Source: Candidatus Fermentibacterota bacterium
GTDB taxonomy: Bacteria > Fermentibacterota > Fermentibacteria > Fermentibacterales > JCC-6
Reading direction: 5' to 3'
DNA: 56,250 bases
Assembly: GCA_029571005.1 (NCBI GenBank)
Contig: JAKPTG010000095.1
Span: forward strand, 1-56,250
Shown here: piece by piece, positions 1-9,291 of the stretch
How positions within the stretch are numbered: the stretch's first letter is position 1
Layout: each line of letters starts with the position of its first letter
Notes under the pieces: generated by a model
The model's input: only the letters and a program-made list of their open reading frames with translations
Databases searched by the model: none
What the model was told of the DNA's origin: nothing
Program-made: the position numbers and the translations under genes

Positions 1-2215
1 TCCTGCCCGGGAATACCCTCCCCTCGGATCGAACCAGCACCATGTAAACCCCCGAAGAGGCCCTGGCCCCGTTGAACTCGCCGTTCCAGGACCAACCGGA
101 AGGAGACTCCGCTTCCACCGCTCCAAGGAAAACGCCGTCCACTCCGTAGAATTCCACCGTAACCGGACCGTCCTCCGTCATGGCCAGGTGAAGACCGCCC
201 TGGCCGGGCAGAAACGGCTGGGGATAGAACACCGGAGAATCGCCCTCGGTGAAGCCTCCGGCGGAGGAAACACTCCACATCCCCATCTGCGACGAAAAGA
301 GCACCACCCCGGAATCGGGCAGGAAAAGGGCGTACTCCTGGTCGGTCCGGGAAGACTGGAGGTAATCGGAGTTGGACTGATCGTAACGGTACGTCTGGTT
401 CCCCTCGAGGCAGAAGACACCTGAAGTGCCCATGCACCATATCCTTCCGGCGGCATCCGCCGCCAAAGCCTTTATCTGCCCCTCGATTCCGGAAACCGTC
501 ACGAATCCCCCCGAAGTGAACCGGGCAAGCCCCGAGGCGGTTCCGGCGTAAACACCCCGCCCGGGCACCGGCAGGATACAGAAGACGTCATTTGACGGGA
601 GACCGCTGGACACGGTGTAGGCCCGGCCGGCCCCGGGACGCCAGGTGTCCCGGGACGAATCGGACGGATCGCCGGAGTGCACCAGAAGCTGGCAGCCGCC
701 GCCGTTCAAGAAGGCGATCCACAGGCTGTCCGCTCCCTGGGGGAAAACCCCCCGCACATTCTTCAGGGCCAGCCCTTCGGCGGGGGTCCTGACGGCCCAC
801 TGCATCTGCATCGAGCCCGGATCACCGGTAAAACCCGTGATCCCGCCGGGCTCCCCGGTGGATTCGAAGAACTCCCGATGGGACGCCCAGACCCCGGGCC
901 CCTGGGCGGCGAGCATGGTAACCTGGTTGTTGACCAGCCCCGAAGGCACGAGAACGGTGGAGGGGGGAACGGGGTTCGCCAGGGAATCGGCGAAGAAGGT
1001 CAGCATTCGGTCATCCTCGGAATCGGGGGTACCGTTGTCGTCCACCCAGGTCAGACCGTAATGGTAGCTGGCGGCCCAGACTCCCGGCCCCGCCCATGTC
1101 GCCACGGCGAAAATCTGCTGACTGTTGGGGAAACCGGAGTTGTCCGCAGTGAAAACCCTCCACCCCCATCCCGGGTAGTACGCCTGAAGGCCCCTGATGT
1201 AGGTGCCGGTGTACATGCGTCCGGAGGGCCCCCGGGCGATCTGGTAGATACTCATGCACTGCATTCCGGGCAGGGTGGTCTTCAGCCAGGCTCCGTCCCG
1301 CCGGAGGAGTATCCCTCTGCCGGCGACCTCCATCTGAGGGTTCGCCACCCCGTACCCCATCCAGAGGTTTCCGTCCACGTTCTTCAGAAAACTCGGCGTG
1401 ATATCAGTGGGAATGGGGGGGTTGAGCACCCGCCAGCCCTCCTCGCCGAACTGCATGACGGCACCGTTTCTGGCGGCCACCAGCATCCCGTCCAGCACCG
1501 CCGCCCCGGTGACGATGGTGTCCGACGAGGTGTAATCAAGGATCAGCCGGAAGTCTTCTTCTCCGGGATACCTGACGGCCAGGCCCGAGGAACCGAAAGC
1601 GCACACCCCTATGGGCGTAACCTCTACTCTTCCAAGGGAAAGAATTCCGGTTAACTTCCACCGCTTCCAGGCGGACGGATCGAAGGGAGAGAGATCCAGG
1701 TCGAGGGAAAACACCCCCCGGTCAGTGGCGAGCCAGAGGGTATCGGTTTCCGCCGCCAGCCCGTAAACCCGGTCAGCGTTGAAGACGGTGCCCTCCTCGA
1801 TGGGGATGAAACCGGCGGCGTTCCCCCGGGCAAGCCCACCGTCGCTTCCGGCCCAGATGTAGCCGCCGGCCTCGGTAACCGCGTAGGTGACACCGGTTCC
1901 GGGGATTCCCTCGAAGGATGTGAATACGATGGTCTCCCCCCCGACAATGAGAACCAGCCCTTTTTCGGTGGCCGCCCAGAGCCTTCCCTCCGAGTCCAGG
2001 CAGACCTCCCGGGTTCTGGGATGCGGAAGGTTCTCCGGGTACCCGTAGGTCTCCAGCACCCCTTCTCCGTACCTGAACCTGATGATCCCGCCGGTGGTGG
2101 CACACCACACCCCCCCGGCCCCGTCGGAGCAAACCCCCCGGACAAAGGTGCTGGAGGTCACCAGCTCCCATTTCGGAACCACGGCTGTGACAACAAGAAG
2201 CATCAATGACAGCAT
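1..2215 (-). CDS. PorZ-like beta-propeller protein with C-terminal T9SS/FlgD-Ig-type domain (3' end runs off the window)
   Basis: Not in the ORF track because there is no stop before base 1. Hand translation from ATG 2215: MLSLMLLVVTAVVPKWELVTSSTFVRGVCSDGAGGVWCATTGGII...DSEGRLWAATEKGL (two-component-regulator propeller repeats). The same frame near base 1 reads WSWNGEFNGARASSGVYMVLVRS, a CTD-like motif. Frame spot-checked at three places only. Confidence 0.75.
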   Translation of the reverse strand, partial: MLSLMLLVVTAVVPKWELVTSSTFVRGVCSDGAGGVWCATTGGIIRFRYGEGVLETYGYPENLPHPRTREVCLDSEGRLWAATEKGLVLIVGGETIVFTSFEGIPGTGVTYAVTEAGGYIWAGSDGGLARGNAAGFIPIEEGTVFNADRVYGLAAETDTLWLATDRGVFSLDLDLSPFDPSAWKRWKLTGILSLGRVEVTPIGVCAFGSSGLAVRYPGEEDFRLILDYTSSDTIVTGAAVLDGMLVAARNGAVMQFGEEGWRVLNPPIPTDITPSFLKNVDGNLWMGYGVANPQMEVAGRGILLRRDGAWLKTTLPGMQCMSIYQIARGPSGRMYTGTYIRGLQAYYPGWGWRVFTADNSGFPNSQQIFAVATWAGPGVWAASYHYGLTWVDDNGTPDSEDDRMLTFFADSLANPVPPSTVLVPSGLVNNQVTMLAAQGPGVWASHREFFESTGEPGGITGFTGDPGSMQMQWAVRTPAEGLALKNVRGVFPQGADSLWIAFLNGGGCQLLVHSGDPSDSSRDTWRPGAGRAYTVSSGLPSNDVFCILPVPGRGVYAGTASGLARFTSGGFVTVSGIEGQIKALAADAAGRIWCMGTSGVFCLEGNQTYRYDQSNSDYLQSSRTDQEYALFLPDSGVVLFSSQMGMWSVSSAGGFTEGDSPVFYPQPFLPGQGGLHLAMTEDGPVTVEFYGVDGVFLGAVEAESPSGWSWNGEFNGARASSGVYMVLVRSEGRVFPGR

Positions 2216-2224
2216 GACGGCCTC

Positions 2225-2932
2225 TCAGAAGAGCCACGGGAAGCGAAGGCGCCACACCATCCAGACCGCTTCCCAGACAATGGACTTGGACATTTTGCTC
2301 GTACCGGAATGCCGGTCCACGAACACGATTGGCACCTCGACCACGCTGCAGCCCTTCTTGACCAGCTTGTAGGTCACCTCTATCTGAAAGGCGTAGCCGT
2401 CGGACTTGATGCTCTCCAGGTCCAGAAGGGCAAGGGTGCTTCTGCGAAATGCCTTGAAGCCGCCGGTGGTGTCCTTCACCGGCAGCCCCGTGATAACCTT
2501 CGTGTACACGTTCGCAAAGTACGACAGCAGAAGCCTGGAGAGGGGCCAGTTCACCACATTCACACCGTTGGAGTACCTGGATCCGATGGCGAAATCGTGA
2601 TTACGGAGCGCTTCAAGCAGATAGGGAATCCTGGCCGGGTTGTGCGAAAAGTCCGCATCCATCTGGATCACGGGATCGTAGCACTCCTGTTGCAGAGCCC
2701 ATCGGAATCCCGCTACATAGGCCTGCCCCAGACCGCTCTTGGAAGGCCTGGTGAGCAGGTGGACCCGGCCGGTGTCGAAGAACTCCTCCACCTTCCGGCC
2801 GGTGCCGTCGGGGCTGGAGTCGTCCACCACCAGCACTTCGGGGGCCGCGGAAAGCTCCAGCAGCACGGGGAGCAGTTCCGCTATATTTTTGACTTCGTTG
2901 TAGGTTGGAATGACTATGAGGGTTTTGCTCAC
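2225..2932 (-). CDS. Polyprenol monophosphomannose synthase (DPM1-like GT2 glycosyltransferase)
   Basis: IVIPTYNE, VVDDSSPDGTG, QMDADFSH, IGSRY, DTTGGFKAFRR, GYAFQIE, EVPIVFVDR motifs; GTG start at 2932. Confidence 0.92.
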   Translation of the reverse strand: MSKTLIVIPTYNEVKNIAELLPVLLELSAAPEVLVVDDSSPDGTGRKVEEFFDTGRVHLLTRPSKSGLGQAYVAGFRWALQQECYDPVIQMDADFSHNPARIPYLLEALRNHDFAIGSRYSNGVNVVNWPLSRLLLSYFANVYTKVITGLPVKDTTGGFKAFRRSTLALLDLESIKSDGYAFQIEVTYKLVKKGCSVVEVPIVFVDRHSGTSKMSKSIVWEAVWMVWRLRFPWLF

Positions 2933-3226
2933 TCCACTGCCTTTCGATAGTTTCCGGGTCAATATAACCCCCGGACGACGGGAGGAAAATATTGACCGAC
3001 CGCCTGCCCATTCAGGCGCCACTGTTCCCGGCAGCCGTGCAACCCGGGGCTGTCGAGACCGATACGAACGGAGGAGGATCGTCCGTTGCCATCCTGAACG
3101 CAGGCGCCGACCCCGGGAAAACCGCCCCCGGGCGCTTCTTCCTGAACCCTGGCGGGCCCGGTGCGGCGGAGGACCGACCCTGGGCGAAAAGAACGAGGCA
3201 CACTTTCTGAATCGGGAGGAAACAGC

Positions 3227-5554
3227 ATGAAATCCTTCTGCATACCGGCCGTTTTCATAGTCTGCGCCGTATCGGCGGCCGTAACGCTTGATCCGCTTCC
3301 GGGAAACGGGGTCCCTTTCCGGTTTACCGCCTACCCGGAGGCTTCCGGCCCGTTGTTCTCAAATCCCGGGGGCTTCCCCTGGCTCAAATGCCGGGAGATA
3401 GTCCTTACCTGCTCTTTCACCGACACCACCTGGGAAGGCTTAGACGGGGTTGTCATACAGAGCGACCAGGGCGGATTCGCGGGCTGGTGGGAAGACCGGG
3501 TGAGCCTCCGGCGGTTCGATACCGGTGCCGGCCTGCTCCTGAGCGAGAGCGTTTCCCTGGGGACCGGATTCTCCTGGTTCGACCCCACGGTAAAGGACCA
3601 CCCTCTGGGCGGTGCGACCCTCTACTCCCTCGGGACCTGTTTCAGGCCCTCGGATGTCGTAAGCGCAGGTCTGGCCTTCAGAAGCCCGGTTCGGGACTAC
3701 GAATGCCGTTTTTCCGCCGGGCTCGCCTGCCGTCCGCTGGGTAACGCTCTCACCTTCACCGGCGACTGGTCCTGGGACAAATGGGATCTTGACCGGGGTG
3801 ACTGGCAGTTCGGCATGGAGGCAGTGCCCGTCCCCGGAATCACACTGAGGGGAGCCGTATCCGAAGACCGTGTCACCGCCGGGCTTCAGCTGGACTTCAG
3901 GAACACCGGGGTCCGCGGAGCCGCCGGATGGAATGACGCCGCCTACGCCGGAGGCACCGGAAGCTTCATTTTCCGGGACGCCTACGCCCCCAGTGTACTG
4001 AACCGCAGCGGCGGCCTCCTTGAGTATTCTGCAAGCTCGGGGGAGGAAGAGCCCTCGAGGGCACTTTTCGGCCCCCGAAGCCCCTCCTTCACCGAACAGA
4101 TGGTGCTTCTCAGAAGAGCGGCGGACGATCCCGGGATAACCGGTCTTCTGGTTGACTACTCCGACTTTTCCCTGAACGCCGCCCAGACCGAGGAACTCCG
4201 GGAGAACATGGTGCGATTCCGGAACAGGGGAAAACCGGTCTACGCCTATATGGAGTACGGCACCACCTCCTCCTACTACAGCGCCACCGCCGCCGGAAAG
4301 ATATGCCTGCATCCCGCAGGGCAGATCAGCATAAGCGGTTTCACTTCCTACACGCCTTTTTTCAGGGGTTTCCTGGACAAGCTCGGAATCTTCCCGGACC
4401 TGATGCACATCGGCGATTTCAAGAGCGCAAGCGATATGCTCACACGGACCGACATGACGGACGCCCAGAGGGAAGCCACCCGGGCCCTCCTGGACGGCGC
4501 CCGGGCGGAAATCGCCCGTGGTCTGGGAGAGGGAAGGGGGTACGACCCGCCCCAGGCTCGTTCCCTCTTCGCCTCCTCTCCATACTGGGCCGCCAGGGCC
4601 CTCCAAATGAGCCTTGTGGACACCCTGATCCATCAGGACCGGTTCCATGAGTTCGTGGAGGGAATCGAGGGGGACGGCCTTACGGTGATATCCCAGGAGC
4701 GGTACGCCGCCTCCGTCCCCTACTCTTCGGGCTGGACACGGAAACCCAGGGTGGCGGTGGTGGTCGCCACCGGAAGCATCATAAACGGTGAGAGCGGCAG
4801 GTCCCTCATGGGAGCCGACATGGGCAGCGACACCATCGTCAGGCTTCTTGAAGAAGCGGCGGCGACAAGGGACGTCAAGGCAATCGTTCTCAGGATAGAC
4901 TCGGGCGGCGGCGACGTCATGGCCAGCGATGACATGAGCCGGGCGGTGGAGCGGATCCGGGAGGACATGCCGGTGGTGGTCAGCATGGGATCGGTGGCGG
5001 CCAGCGGGGGTTACTACATGGCCTGCGGCGCCGATGCGATCTTTGCGGACAGACTCACCGTGACCGGATCCATCGGTATCATATCCGGCAAGTTTGTCTT
5101 CGGAACCCTGCTGAGCAGGCTGGGGATAAACGTGGAAGCCGTATCGATAGATCCGGCCGGCTCGCCGGGGAACCCCTTCGAACCCTTCACTGAAGAGGAG
5201 CGGCAGCGGAAGTTCGATGCCATGAGGGGAGGCTACGAGCTTTTCGTGAATACCGTGGCCCGGGGGCGCGGCATGACCTTTGAAGAAGTGGACGCCATCG
5301 GCCAGGGCCGGGTTTGGTCCGGTTCGGATGCGCTGGCTCTGGGGCTGGTTGACTACAACGGAGGGGTCGCGGACGCGGTGCTTCACGCCGCAGGATTCGC
5401 CGGAATCCCCGATCCCTTCCCGGAGATAGTGGTTTTCCCCGAACCTCCCGTGATCGGCACCCTGTCCCCGGGCTTACCCTCCGTTTCCTCCCTGTTCAGC
5501 CACCCGCTCTTCACCGGCGGCGGCTACCTGTACATCGGAGGAGGGCTCAATTGA
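3227..5554 (+). CDS. sppA: Signal peptide peptidase SppA (tandem S49 domains) with N-terminal beta-barrel-like extension
   Basis: GGAGG RBS then ATG 3227 and a signal peptide; GDFKSA (Lys), LRIDSGGG, SMGSVAASGGYY (Ser), TGSIG, GQGRVWSG..A...GLVD motifs. Confidence 0.9.
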   Translation: MKSFCIPAVFIVCAVSAAVTLDPLPGNGVPFRFTAYPEASGPLFSNPGGFPWLKCREIVLTCSFTDTTWEGLDGVVIQSDQGGFAGWWEDRVSLRRFDTGAGLLLSESVSLGTGFSWFDPTVKDHPLGGATLYSLGTCFRPSDVVSAGLAFRSPVRDYECRFSAGLACRPLGNALTFTGDWSWDKWDLDRGDWQFGMEAVPVPGITLRGAVSEDRVTAGLQLDFRNTGVRGAAGWNDAAYAGGTGSFIFRDAYAPSVLNRSGGLLEYSASSGEEEPSRALFGPRSPSFTEQMVLLRRAADDPGITGLLVDYSDFSLNAAQTEELRENMVRFRNRGKPVYAYMEYGTTSSYYSATAAGKICLHPAGQISISGFTSYTPFFRGFLDKLGIFPDLMHIGDFKSASDMLTRTDMTDAQREATRALLDGARAEIARGLGEGRGYDPPQARSLFASSPYWAARALQMSLVDTLIHQDRFHEFVEGIEGDGLTVISQERYAASVPYSSGWTRKPRVAVVVATGSIINGESGRSLMGADMGSDTIVRLLEEAAATRDVKAIVLRIDSGGGDVMASDDMSRAVERIREDMPVVVSMGSVAASGGYYMACGADAIFADRLTVTGSIGIISGKFVFGTLLSRLGINVEAVSIDPAGSPGNPFEPFTEEERQRKFDAMRGGYELFVNTVARGRGMTFEEVDAIGQGRVWSGSDALALGLVDYNGGVADAVLHAAGFAGIPDPFPEIVVFPEPPVIGTLSPGLPSVSSLFSHPLFTGGGYLYIGGGLN

Positions 5555-5657
5555 CACGGCTCATCGCCGGAAAGCAACGCGCCTCGTCCGCGACGACGGG
5601 GCGCTTCAAGGTGTAAACTGTTGCAGGCGGTAAGTTACAAGAGCCGGTCGTGCTTGT

Positions 5658-6776
5658 TCAGTCCGCCCCCATGAGTATGCGGGCGACTTCTGGACGGGTG
5701 AACTCCGCCGGAGGGAGTTCACCCGAGGCCAGCATCTCCCTGACCCTGGTGCCGGACAGGAAAACATGGTGGGCGGAATCGTGCGGACAGGTCCGGGAAG
5801 TGGCCATGTTACCGCAGGTTCGGCAGAAAAACGAGTGCTCGAACTTCAGCGGTGTAATGCCGATTTCCGCAGGGTCGAACGAATCGAAAATAGCCTGAGC
5901 GTCGTACGTTCCATAGTAGTTACCCACTCCGGCATGGTCTCTTCCCACTATGAAGTGGGTGCAGCCGTAGTTCTTCCGGGCGATTGCATGGAATACCGCC
6001 TCCCTGGGGCCGGCATACCTCATGGCGGCCGGGAACACGGAAAGCGCCGTTCTGTTCGCCGGGAAGTAGTCCTCGAGCAGCCGGGTATAGCAGCGCATCC
6101 TTGTCTCGGCGGGGATATCGCCCGCCTTGGTGTCTCCCACCAGCGGATGAAGCAAAAGACCGTCAACCATTTCCAGAGCGCACTTCTGAAGGTATTCATG
6201 GGCTCGGTGAACGGGGTTTCTGGTCTGAAAGGCCACTACCGTCTTCCAGCCCTTGTCCTGGAAAAGAGCCCTGGTCTCGGCGGGAGTGAGCCGGTACTCC
6301 CGGAACGGCCTGGACTCCCGAAGATCCAGACACTCCACATCACCTCCGATGCAGGTGTCCGAAAGGCCGTTCAGGTACTCGACACCGGGGTGGGCCGGGT
6401 CACTCGTGAGCAGGGTCATCTCGGCTTCACGAACCCTGTCTCTCCTGTACACCTCCCTGACCCGGATCAAACCGAGTAGAGCGCCGTTGCGGCGAAGGGC
6501 CGCAACATCGCCGGGAACCACCTCCGGATCCCCCGCCTTTCTCGACAGGGTCACCGGAAGGCTGAATACAAGGCCGCCGGCCAGGCGCATGCACTCCAGA
6601 ACGCCGGTATAGTCATCGGCGCACATGAAGCCGGTCAGGGGGCTCAGGGCTCCGGAGCCCATCATCTCCAGATCGCCGGCCTCCCGGGAATCGAGGCTGA
6701 CCGAGGGAAGGTCCGCCGGGATGGAGTCGGGAGTTATGTGAAGATCGACCAGTCTGCCGCCGTGGGGTTCAATCAT
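5658..6776 (-). CDS. sat: Sulfate adenylyltransferase (ATP sulfurylase)
   Basis: PHGGRLV, SPLTGFM, AFQTRNPVHRAHE, MRYAGPREA, HFIVGRDHAGVG, SGTRVR motifs. Confidence 0.97.
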   Translation of the reverse strand: MIEPHGGRLVDLHITPDSIPADLPSVSLDSREAGDLEMMGSGALSPLTGFMCADDYTGVLECMRLAGGLVFSLPVTLSRKAGDPEVVPGDVAALRRNGALLGLIRVREVYRRDRVREAEMTLLTSDPAHPGVEYLNGLSDTCIGGDVECLDLRESRPFREYRLTPAETRALFQDKGWKTVVAFQTRNPVHRAHEYLQKCALEMVDGLLLHPLVGDTKAGDIPAETRMRCYTRLLEDYFPANRTALSVFPAAMRYAGPREAVFHAIARKNYGCTHFIVGRDHAGVGNYYGTYDAQAIFDSFDPAEIGITPLKFEHSFFCRTCGNMATSRTCPHDSAHHVFLSGTRVREMLASGELPPAEFTRPEVARILMGAD

Positions 6777-6802
6777 TGTTGCTCTTCCTTACTTTGAAAA
6801 TC

Positions 6803-7420
6803 TCAGGGTGCATACCTGCGGGGAGCTATGGTCCGGGTGGCCATGGCCTGATTCAGAAGGTCACGGATCAGGTCTTCCAGGGGAATCCGCTCCCAGGATT
6901 CATAGTACCGGGCCGCAATGGCGCCGTTGGAGTCGATTATCAGCACCGCCGGCAGGGCGTTGACGCCGAACAGGCGGGTTGCGGAGGTGTCCGGGTCAAG
7001 AACCGCAGGACAGCGGAAGGGCCATCGGGAAGCCTCTTCCTCAGATTCCATCCCCACCGCGACTATAATACACGCCACCGGCGAGTCGTTGAACCTGGAA
7101 GCTATCTCCTCCATGCGGTTTACATCCTGCAGGTCCGCCAGCTTCGTGAGGCTGTTGAAGAGGATCACCACCACATGGCCCCTCAGCTCCTGAAAAAGGC
7201 TGAGGCATCCGGGGGAGTTGACCCAGGTATGCCCGCCGGGAAAATCCGGCGCAAGGTACTGACGGAGAACCTGCTCCGTTTCAGGCTTCACTCGAAACAG
7301 AAAACCGGCGAATACCGTGAAGACCGCCACCGCCAGGGCGAACAGAAGTGCACCCCTGGTTCTGCTTCTTGTGTACTCACTCTCGGGAAGAGAGTGCTTC
7401 CGCCGGAACAACGGGCCCAA
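6803..7420 (-). CDS. Membrane-anchored redoxin/TlpA-like thioredoxin-fold protein lacking CxxC
   Basis: N-terminal TM segment; APDFPGGHTWVN...LRGHVVVILF, AVLDPD, FGVNALPAVLIIDSNG are typical redoxin motifs; TTG start preceded by GGAAGG. Confidence 0.7.
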   Translation of the reverse strand: MGPLFRRKHSLPESEYTRSRTRGALLFALAVAVFTVFAGFLFRVKPETEQVLRQYLAPDFPGGHTWVNSPGCLSLFQELRGHVVVILFNSLTKLADLQDVNRMEEIASRFNDSPVACIIVAVGMESEEEASRWPFRCPAVLDPDTSATRLFGVNALPAVLIIDSNGAIAARYYESWERIPLEDLIRDLLNQAMATRTIAPRRYAP

Positions 7421-7423
7421 TGG

Positions 7424-7570
7424 CTACCTTCCCGCAAGCCTTCCCGGCAGAATTGCCGGAGGCGTCCGGATGACGGCTCCGCCGAGGAAGAACAGCCACC
7501 CGTTCTCGATGAAAGCGATGTCGTGGTGATGGAGAAACTGTTCCCGGCCCCCCCGGCTGAAGGCTTTCAC
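7424..7570 (-). CDS. Small hypothetical protein (48 aa)
   Basis: Hand translation from GTG 7570: MKAFSRGGREQFLHHHDIAFIENGWLFFLGGAVIRTPPAILPGRLAGR*. It fills the gap between two co-oriented genes with 6 and 3 nt spacing; below the ORF-track cutoff. Confidence 0.5.
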   Translation of the reverse strand: MKAFSRGGREQFLHHHDIAFIENGWLFFLGGAVIRTPPAILPGRLAGR

Positions 7571-7576
7571 TGCACC

Positions 7577-8053
7577 CTACCTTTCCGGTTGGAAGGGAGG
7601 GCTGAGGGTGGTGAGGTCCACCAGCCATCTTCCCCCGCTGAAAACCACGCCGACCTCCTGGGACCCGTCGGCCGTAGCCAGCACCACCACCGCAAGGGAT
7701 TCGGAGACATGTTCCACCGATCTGACGGAGCCGGACAGGTCGCGGCATTCAGGACCGGCGGCCACCATCCGGAGGAAGAGTCCGCGACCGTCCATAGCCT
7801 CGAACTCCTCCTGGGTGACTCCACCCGCCAGAGAATCCATGGCCGCCAGGGACTCTTGGTATCCGAACCGTTTCAGCACCGCGGCGGTGGAGTCGTAAAC
7901 CGCGTGGGTTTCGGGCGACAGCAGATCCCAGGCTTCAGCGGCGGCCTCCCTGTCGAGGCATGCCACAAAAGCCTTCACCGCCTGGGCGGCCGGATCCTGC
8001 CCGCATCCGCAGCCAAGCAGAAGAACAGACAGGAAGCACAGCCTCGCCGTCAC
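7577..8053 (-). CDS. Hypothetical lipoprotein
   Basis: Lipobox-like LLLGC after a hydrophobic stretch; AVKAF...AAAEAWDLLS and FSGGRWLV resemble NTF2-like small lipoproteins; start overlaps the upstream stop. Confidence 0.7.
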   Translation of the reverse strand: MTARLCFLSVLLLGCGCGQDPAAQAVKAFVACLDREAAAEAWDLLSPETHAVYDSTAAVLKRFGYQESLAAMDSLAGGVTQEEFEAMDGRGLFLRMVAAGPECRDLSGSVRSVEHVSESLAVVVLATADGSQEVGVVFSGGRWLVDLTTLSPPFQPER

Positions 8054-9288
8054 AGCCCGTGTACCACCAGGCCGCTTCTCAGCTTGGGCTCGAACCAGGT
8101 TGACTTGGGCGGCATCACCCTGCCGCTGTCCGCTACGGAAAGCAGCTGATCCAGGGAGGTGGGGTAAACGCTGAATGCCACCGCAAACCTGCCCGAGTCC
8201 ACCAGACGCACCAGTTCCCCGGTGCCCCGGATACCGCCGATGAAGTCTATCCTTTCGGATGTGCGGGGATCCGTGATTCCAAGAAGCGGCTCGAGCATGT
8301 TCTTCTGAAGTATGCTGACATCGAGGCTCTCCACGGGGTCATCCTTCTCGTAGGTGCCCTCCCTGGGTACCAGAGTGTACCACTGCCCCTCCAGGTACAT
8401 CGAGAATTCCCTCGCTTCCAGGGGGCTCGCCTTGCCCGACCTGGTGACGATGAACGACCGGGACGCGGCCTCGAGGAACCGTTCAGGAGTCATTCCGTTG
8501 AGATCCTGAACCACCCTGTTGTATGGGAGTATCCTCAACTGGCTCTTCGGGAAGATCACCGCCAGTATGTAATTGTACTCCTCCAGCCCGGTGTGGTTGG
8601 GATTGGCCTCACGCCTCCTTTTGGCGACTATCGCCCCGGAAGCGCTGCGGTGGTGGCCATCGGCCACGTAGAGGTATGGCACATCGTTTCGGAAATCGGT
8701 CACCAGTGTCTCGATGTCGCCTTCGTCCTCGACGACCCAGAGGGTGTGCCTGACCCCGTCCGGAGCGGTGAAATCGTACTCCGGCTCCCCGGACGTTATT
8801 CTTTTCTCCACCCGGTCTATCGCCGGGACGTCGCGGTACGTAAGGAAAACCGGGCCCGCCTGGGCGTTCTGGGATGTGATGTGCCGAATCCTGTCTTCTT
8901 CCTTGGCTTTCCTGGTGTACTCGTGCTTCCGGATCAGGTCACGGTCGTACTCCTCCGCAGAAACACAGGCCACCAGGCCGGTCTGGGAGTGTCCACCCAT
9001 CACCTGGCGGTAGAAGTACAGGTACGGCGCCCGGTCCTGCTCCATGAGGCCGTCTTCCACGAGCCGTCTGAGGTTTACGGCGCCCTGGCGGTACACGTCG
9101 TCGCTGTAAAGGTCAACCCCGGGCTCCAGGTCCACCTCCGGCTTCACAACCCTGAGAAAACTCAGCGGGTTGTCCTTGACGATGTCCCTGGCCTCGTCGG
9201 AATCAAGAACATCGTACGGGGGGGAAGCTATTCTGTGGGCGAACTCCTTCCGGGGCCTGAGCCCCCGGAACGGCCTGATCATGGACAT
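8050..9288 (-). CDS. DUF1015 family protein
   Basis: IRPFRGLRP, SPPYDV, KHEYTR..KEEDR, YVADGHHRSA, MPPKSTWFEPKLRSGL. Confidence 0.93.
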   Translation of the reverse strand: MSMIRPFRGLRPRKEFAHRIASPPYDVLDSDEARDIVKDNPLSFLRVVKPEVDLEPGVDLYSDDVYRQGAVNLRRLVEDGLMEQDRAPYLYFYRQVMGGHSQTGLVACVSAEEYDRDLIRKHEYTRKAKEEDRIRHITSQNAQAGPVFLTYRDVPAIDRVEKRITSGEPEYDFTAPDGVRHTLWVVEDEGDIETLVTDFRNDVPYLYVADGHHRSASGAIVAKRRREANPNHTGLEEYNYILAVIFPKSQLRILPYNRVVQDLNGMTPERFLEAASRSFIVTRSGKASPLEAREFSMYLEGQWYTLVPREGTYEKDDPVESLDVSILQKNMLEPLLGITDPRTSERIDFIGGIRGTGELVRLVDSGRFAVAFSVYPTSLDQLLSVADSGRVMPPKSTWFEPKLRSGLVVHGL

Positions 9289-9291
9289 TTT

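Noticed and set aside
677-1654. 325-aa plus-strand ORF in the track
   Set aside because: Antisense shadow of the PorZ-like gene read on the minus strand.
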